Shown here one piece after another: positions 12,978-64,000 of a DNA stretch of 64,000 nucleotides (its first letter is position 1; each line of letters begins with the position of its first letter). A model generated the notes under the pieces. It had not been told where the DNA came from. It saw only the letters and a list, made by a program, of their open reading frames with translations, and ran no database searches. A program made the translations under genes and the position numbers. Source of the DNA: Octopus sinensis (Eukaryota); contig NC_043024.1 of the NCBI RefSeq assembly GCF_006345805.1, positions 7,688,001 to 7,752,000 on the forward strand, given 5' to 3'.

Positions 12978-13735
12978 ATATAGGTGCAGGAGTGTCTGTG
13001 TGGTAAGTAGCTTGCTTACCAACCACATGGTTCCGGGTTCAGTCCCACTGCGTGGCACCTTGGGCAAGTGTCTTCTGCTATAGCCCCGGGCCGACCAAAG
13101 CCTTGTGAGTGGATTTGGTAGACGGAAACTGAAAGAAGCCTGTCGTATATATGTATATATATGTATGTGTTTGTCCCCCCAACATCACTTGACAACTGAT
13201 GCTGATGTGTTTATGTCCCTGTAACTTAGCGGTCCGGCAAAAGAGACCGAAAGAATAAGTACTAGGCTTACAAAGAATAAGTCCCGGGGTCGATTTGCTC
13301 GACTAAAGGCGGTGCCCCAGCATGGCCACAGTCAAATGACTGAAACAAGTAAAAGAGCATATAGGCGCAGGAGTGGCTGTGTGGTAAGTAGCTTGCTTAC
13401 CAACCATATGGTTCCGGGTTCAGTCCCACTGCGTGGCACCTTGGGCAAGTGTCTTCTACTATAGCCTCAGGCCAACAAAAGCCTTGAGTGGATTTAGTAG
13501 ATAGAAACTGAAAGAAGCCCGTCATATATGTTTGTGTCTGTCTGTCCTCCCACCCCTGAGATCACTTGACAACCGGTGGTGGTGCGTTTACGTCCCCGTA
13601 ACTTAGCAGTTCAACAAAAGAGACCGATAGAATAAGTACTAGGCTTAGAAACAATAAGTCCTGGGGTCGATTTGCTTGACTAAAGGTGGTGCTCCAGCAT
13701 GGCCGCCGTCAAATGACTGAAACAAGTGAAAGAGT
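12978..13735 (+). mobile_element. Two adjacent SINE family B copies (others at ~11110-11277, 11515-11890, 20655-20820, 24428-24828, 27170-27340, 33845-34250, 60471-60855, 61667-62112, 63870-64000)
   Basis: Same consensus seen repeatedly on both strands. Confidence 0.8.
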
Positions 13736-14716
13736 ATATCTAGATAGACATGGCTTTATTAATATATGTACAATGATAACATCTGTATACTAAATTCTTT
13801 GTTATATTTACCCCTTTTGATACCAACCCGGCTGAAACGGTCTCTGGCTCTGTTGTACAAATGTCTTGTTTTCATAAGTTCTGAATTAAAATCTTCCACC
13901 AAATCTTAGTCACAATTTATGTTCCTAACACTAGCTTAATGATAACAAAGTTATTTAACTAAATTCTTGTTATATTTACACCTTTTGATACCAACCCAGC
14001 TGAAACGGTCTCTGGCTCTGTTGTACAAATGTCTTGTTTTCATAATTTCTGAACTAAAATCTTCCACCAAACCTTAGTCACAATTTATGTTCCTAACACT
14101 AGCTGAATGATAACTAAGTTATTTTACTAAATTCTTTGTTATATTTACCCCTTTTGATACCAACCCGCGCTGAAACGGTCTCTGGCTCTGTTGTACAAAT
14201 GTCTTGTTTTCATAAGTTCTGAATTAAAATCTTCCACCAAATCTTAGTCACAATTTATGTTCCTAACACTAGCTTAATGATAACAAAGTTATTTAACTAA
14301 ATTCTTTGTTATATTTACACCTTTTGATACCAACCCAGCTGAAACGGTCTCTGGCTCTGTTGTACAAATGTCTTGTTTTCATAATTTCTGAACTAAAATC
14401 TTCCACCAAACCTTAGTCACAATTTATGTTCCTAACACTAGCTGAATGATAACTAAGTTATTTAACTAAATTCTTTGTTATATTTAAAGTAATTGAAATA
14501 AACACAGAGCATCTCAACAGAAATACAGTAACGAAAGGGTTAAAAGAAAGGTGTGAGGATGCAGAGGGGGAAAGATGAAAAGGAATATTGGGGTTTTAAA
14601 GGAGTAGAGAAGCTGAGACAGGGTAAGGCTGTGAAAAAGGAGGCAGAGGGAAAGGGGGGAAAAGTAGATACTGGAGGGTACCTTAGGGCTAGGAAGAAGG
14701 GTTAACAAAAGGGTTA

Positions 14717-14950
14717 AGCTTCCATACTCTTCTTTTCCAAACTGACTTGCTTCTTGGAATCTTACAAGCCAGTAGCTTGAAGTCCTCAACGAGTAACCTA
14801 TGCTGTAGTGGTACATTCTTCTCCAGAAAAGGAATTTGCATTTATGAACAGCCATGAATCCCGCTTTCTGGTGAGGATTTAGTTAATCTGCCTTGCATGG
14901 TCACCAGATTTATAGATTACCAAGTGACTGGCTGGCGTTCTGAAGTTTGT
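14717..14950 (-). mobile_element. RTE-clade LINE AP-endonuclease C-terminal fragment
   Basis: LTRKRDSWLFINA...GEECTT / QHRLLVEDFKLLACKIPRSKSVWKRRVWKL across a frameshift. Confidence 0.65.
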
Positions 14951-14989
14951 GTTGCAGATCATTAGGTCATGTGTGTGTATTCACCTATT

Positions 14990-15735
14990 TCTTTACCACC
15001 CACAAGGGGCTAAACACAGAGTGGACAAACAAGGACAGACAAATGGATTAAGTCAATTACATCAACCCCAGTGCGTAACTGGTACTTAATTTATCGACCC
15101 CGAAAGGATGCAAGGCAAAGTCGACCTCGGCGGAATTTGAACTCAGAACATAAAGACAGACGAAATACCTATTTCTTTACTACCCACAAGGGGCTAAACA
15201 CAGAGGGGACAAACAAGGACAGACAAACGGATTAAGTCGATTACATCAACTCCAGTGCGTAACTGGTACTTAATTTATCGACCCCGAAAGGATGAAAGGC
15301 AAAGTCGACCTCGGCGGAATTTGAACTCAGAACGTAATGACAGATGAAATACCTATTTCTTTATTACCCACAAGGGGCTAAACACAGAGGGGACAAACAA
15401 AGACAGACAGATGGATTAAGTTGATTACATCGACCCCAGTGCGTAACTGGTACTTAATTTATTGACCCCGAAAGGATGAAAGGCAAAGTCAACCTCGGCG
15501 GAATTTGAACTCAGAACGTAACAGCAGACGAAATACCTATTTCTTTACTACCCACAAGGGGCTAAACACAGAGGGGACAAACAAGGAGAGACATAGGTAT
15601 TAAGTCGATTACATCGACCCCAGTGCGTAACTGGTACTTAATTTATCGACTCCGAAAGGATGAAAGGCAAAGTCGACCTCGGCGGAATTTGAAGATGAAA
15701 TACTGCTAACATTTCTGCCAGCTCGCCTCCTTACT
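14990..15735 (-). mobile_element. SINE family A tandem array, ~4 body units plus degraded head
   Basis: Same unit; head remnant TTCTGCCAGCTCGCC at the right end. Confidence 0.8.
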
Positions 15736-16760
15736 ATGTATGTATGTATGTGTGTGTGTATTCACCTGTATATGTATATATAGTTCATGTGTGTATGTGT
15801 ACACACAGACACACACACACACAGAAAAGGCATTTTTACATTTTTATCTCTTTCTTTATTTGCAGTATTTAAGCAGATTCACCTCTTTCCAACCGACGGC
15901 TCCTTACTTTGCTGGGTATACAAGTAACGCAACATCGTTATATGAAATTTATACATGTTGGACCATTCCTTGTTTTTTGTACATTGATATAAATAAATTT
16001 TATACGAATTACTTCGAGTTCTAAATTGTTATTCCTCTACACCAAGACACTGGTTCCTCTCCTAGCATCATCATAAAGCCCCTCTCTTGGTGAGGGTACT
16101 TGGTGCCCTTGCTGGGGCTACATAAAAAGCAGTAAACACTGCATTTGGCATTAGGAAGGGCATCCAGCCATAGAATCTTTTCTTTCTTTCTTTCCTTCTT
16201 TCCTTCTTTCCTTCCTTCCTTCTTTCTTCTTCTTCTTTCTTTCCTTCCTTCTTTCTTCTTTCTTCCTTCTTTCCTTCCTTCCTTCCTTCTTTCCTTCCTT
16301 CTTCTTTTCCTTCTTTCTTTCTTTCCTTCTTTCTTTCTTTCCTTCCTTCTCTCTCTCTTTCTTTCTTTCTCTCTCTCTTTCTTCTTTCTTTCTTTCTCTC
16401 TTTCTTCTTTCTTTCTTTCTCTCTTTCTTCTTTCTTCTCTCTTTATCTCTCTCTCTCCTTCTCCTTCCTCCTTCTCTCTCCTTTCTTCTCCTCCTCTCTA
16501 TCTATCTCTCTCTAGAATTTGAACTCAGAACGTAACGGCAGACAAAATACCGCTAAGCATTTCACCCGGCGTGGTAACGATTCTGCCAGCTCGCCACCTT
16601 CAAACTAAAAAAAAAAAATACCATGAACCATTTTTCCAGCCCCTGAACAATTCTGGCAATAATTGTAACTGTTTTGCTTCCATTTTTTTCATCATCTTTA
16701 TATACAATTATATTACTGGTATTACAAAATAAGGGAATAAAAATAAAGTCATTGTTCCTT

Positions 16761-62662
<45,902 letters not shown>

Positions 62663-63482
62663 CTACATAAGACAGAACAGGTTTGTGTGGAGTTCATAAC
62701 AGCAATTTAATGATCTAGCATTTAGAACATGAATTAATATGCAATTTTGGGGAAGGTTTTAACGAAGATTTATTTTAACCCTTTTCTTACCATATTTCTG
62801 TTGAAATAGACTTTGTTGCAAATAATGAAGAATTTAATAAAATTACTTTGTCATTATTAACCCTTTCCTTACCAACTCGGCTGAAACTGGCTCTGTTGTA
62901 CAAATGTCTTGTTTTCATAAGTTTTGGATTAAAATCTTCCACCAAACCTTAGACACAATTTATGTTCCTGACACTAGCTTAATGATAACTAAGTTATTTT
63001 ACTAAATTCTTTGTTATATTTAAAGTAATTGAAAGAAACACAGAGCATCTCAACAGAAATATGGTAACAAAAGGGTTAACAAATGATTAATTTAACCCTT
63101 TCATTACCAACCTGGCTGAAACGGTCTCTGGCTCTGTAGTACAAATGTCTTGTTTTCAAAAGTTCTGAATTAAAATCTTCCACCAAACCTTAGTCACAAT
63201 TTATGCTCCTAACACTAGCTGAATGATAACTAAGTTATTTTACTAAATTCTTTGTTATATTTAAAGTAATTGAAAGAAACACAGAGCATCTCAAAATAAA
63301 TACAGTAACGAAAAGGTCAAACTGATATTTAGAAGGTAAACATACATTTATTAGTCGAAAGGAATTATTTGCAAAATAACTGGGTATATATGACTGTGTG
63401 TGCTTCTGGATTAATTTTTGAAACTGAATGCAATCACACCATTTTCTTCCTATGTATATGTTGTACACTCCGTCCTGATATA

Positions 63483-63849
63483 TCTTTATATATAAAAGTG
63501 AAGTTGTGTGTCTGTCTCTTACGATTTAGATTCCTAACTACTCCCACATTTTGCGGTGCAGTTTAACCAAAACCGGGTATCTTATCGTCGTGATTCATAT
63601 CGAGCCCTTCTGAGTATTAGTGCGCATCTACGATGAGTCTACGATTTTTAAAACAAATTTACCATCAATTTTTCCCATTTTTAATGCATTTTTGGCATAT
63701 ATAAGGGAAGTAACTCTCTAAAAATTTATCATTAAATCTCAGAACGTAAAAAGCTACATATTGAGATGGCTATTATACTTTACATCTCTAAAAATGCTTA
63801 TATAGTTATTTCCCTTACAAACCCAAGCAACGCCGGGCGATACTGCTAG
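63483..63849 (+). mobile_element. Non-autonomous Helitron, solo 367-bp copy
   Basis: A|TCTTTATATATAAAAG 5' end; CCCAAGCAACGCCGGG imperfect hairpin, then CGATACTGCTAG|T 3' end. Confidence 0.82.
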
Positions 63850-64000
63850 TATATTATATAAAATCCATTCTGTCTGTGTGTGTGTATGCGTGTGTATATG
63901 TTTGTGTGTCTATGTTTGTCCCCCCAACATCGCTTGACAACTGATGCTGGTGTGTTTACGTCCCCGTAACTTAGCAGTTCAGCAAAAGAGACTGATAGAA

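Noticed and set aside
62663-64000. Upstream XPB exons
   Set aside because: No frame matching the N-terminal XPB sequence was found; the apparent donor near 62790 belongs to a MITE F-like repeat.

Overview
Repeat-saturated animal genomic DNA, most likely an octopus or other coleoid cephalopod. That assignment is inferred from the microsatellite load and the SINE/RTE families, not proven. One protein-coding gene is well supported: ERCC3/XPB (TFIIH SF2 helicase/translocase) on the minus strand. I mapped 15 exons by hand with GT-AG boundaries and consistent phases, join(complement 62546-62662, 60919-61166, 59678-59749, 59140-59246, 55653-55756, 40764-40836, 38776-38895, 36178-36380, 33665-33730, 30002-30138, 26993-27089, 25173-25290, 24220-24368, 20921-21031, 16761-16883). 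They total 1845 nt (614 aa plus stop); the N-terminal exons were not found and probably lie beyond the window end. Helicase motif II reads DEVQ instead of the usual DEVH. The main structural discovery is in the 14.8-kb intron: a hAT-type MITE with an 8-bp TSD contains a non-autonomous Helitron (A|TC...hairpin-CTAG|T), whose 5'-terminal 152 bp is reiterated about 75 times ahead of a single 3' end. Other notable items are a ~770-bp inverted duplication next to the Walker A exon, SINE concatemers, several fold-back elements, a SINE-mediated 895-bp tandem duplication, a 34-bp minisatellite of near-CTCF motifs, a 5S rRNA pseudogene, candidate hammerhead relics and a 100-N assembly gap. Almost all long ORFs in the supplied track are artefacts of repeats. 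Repeat coordinates are approximate (about +/-10 bp) unless termini or TSDs are quoted.
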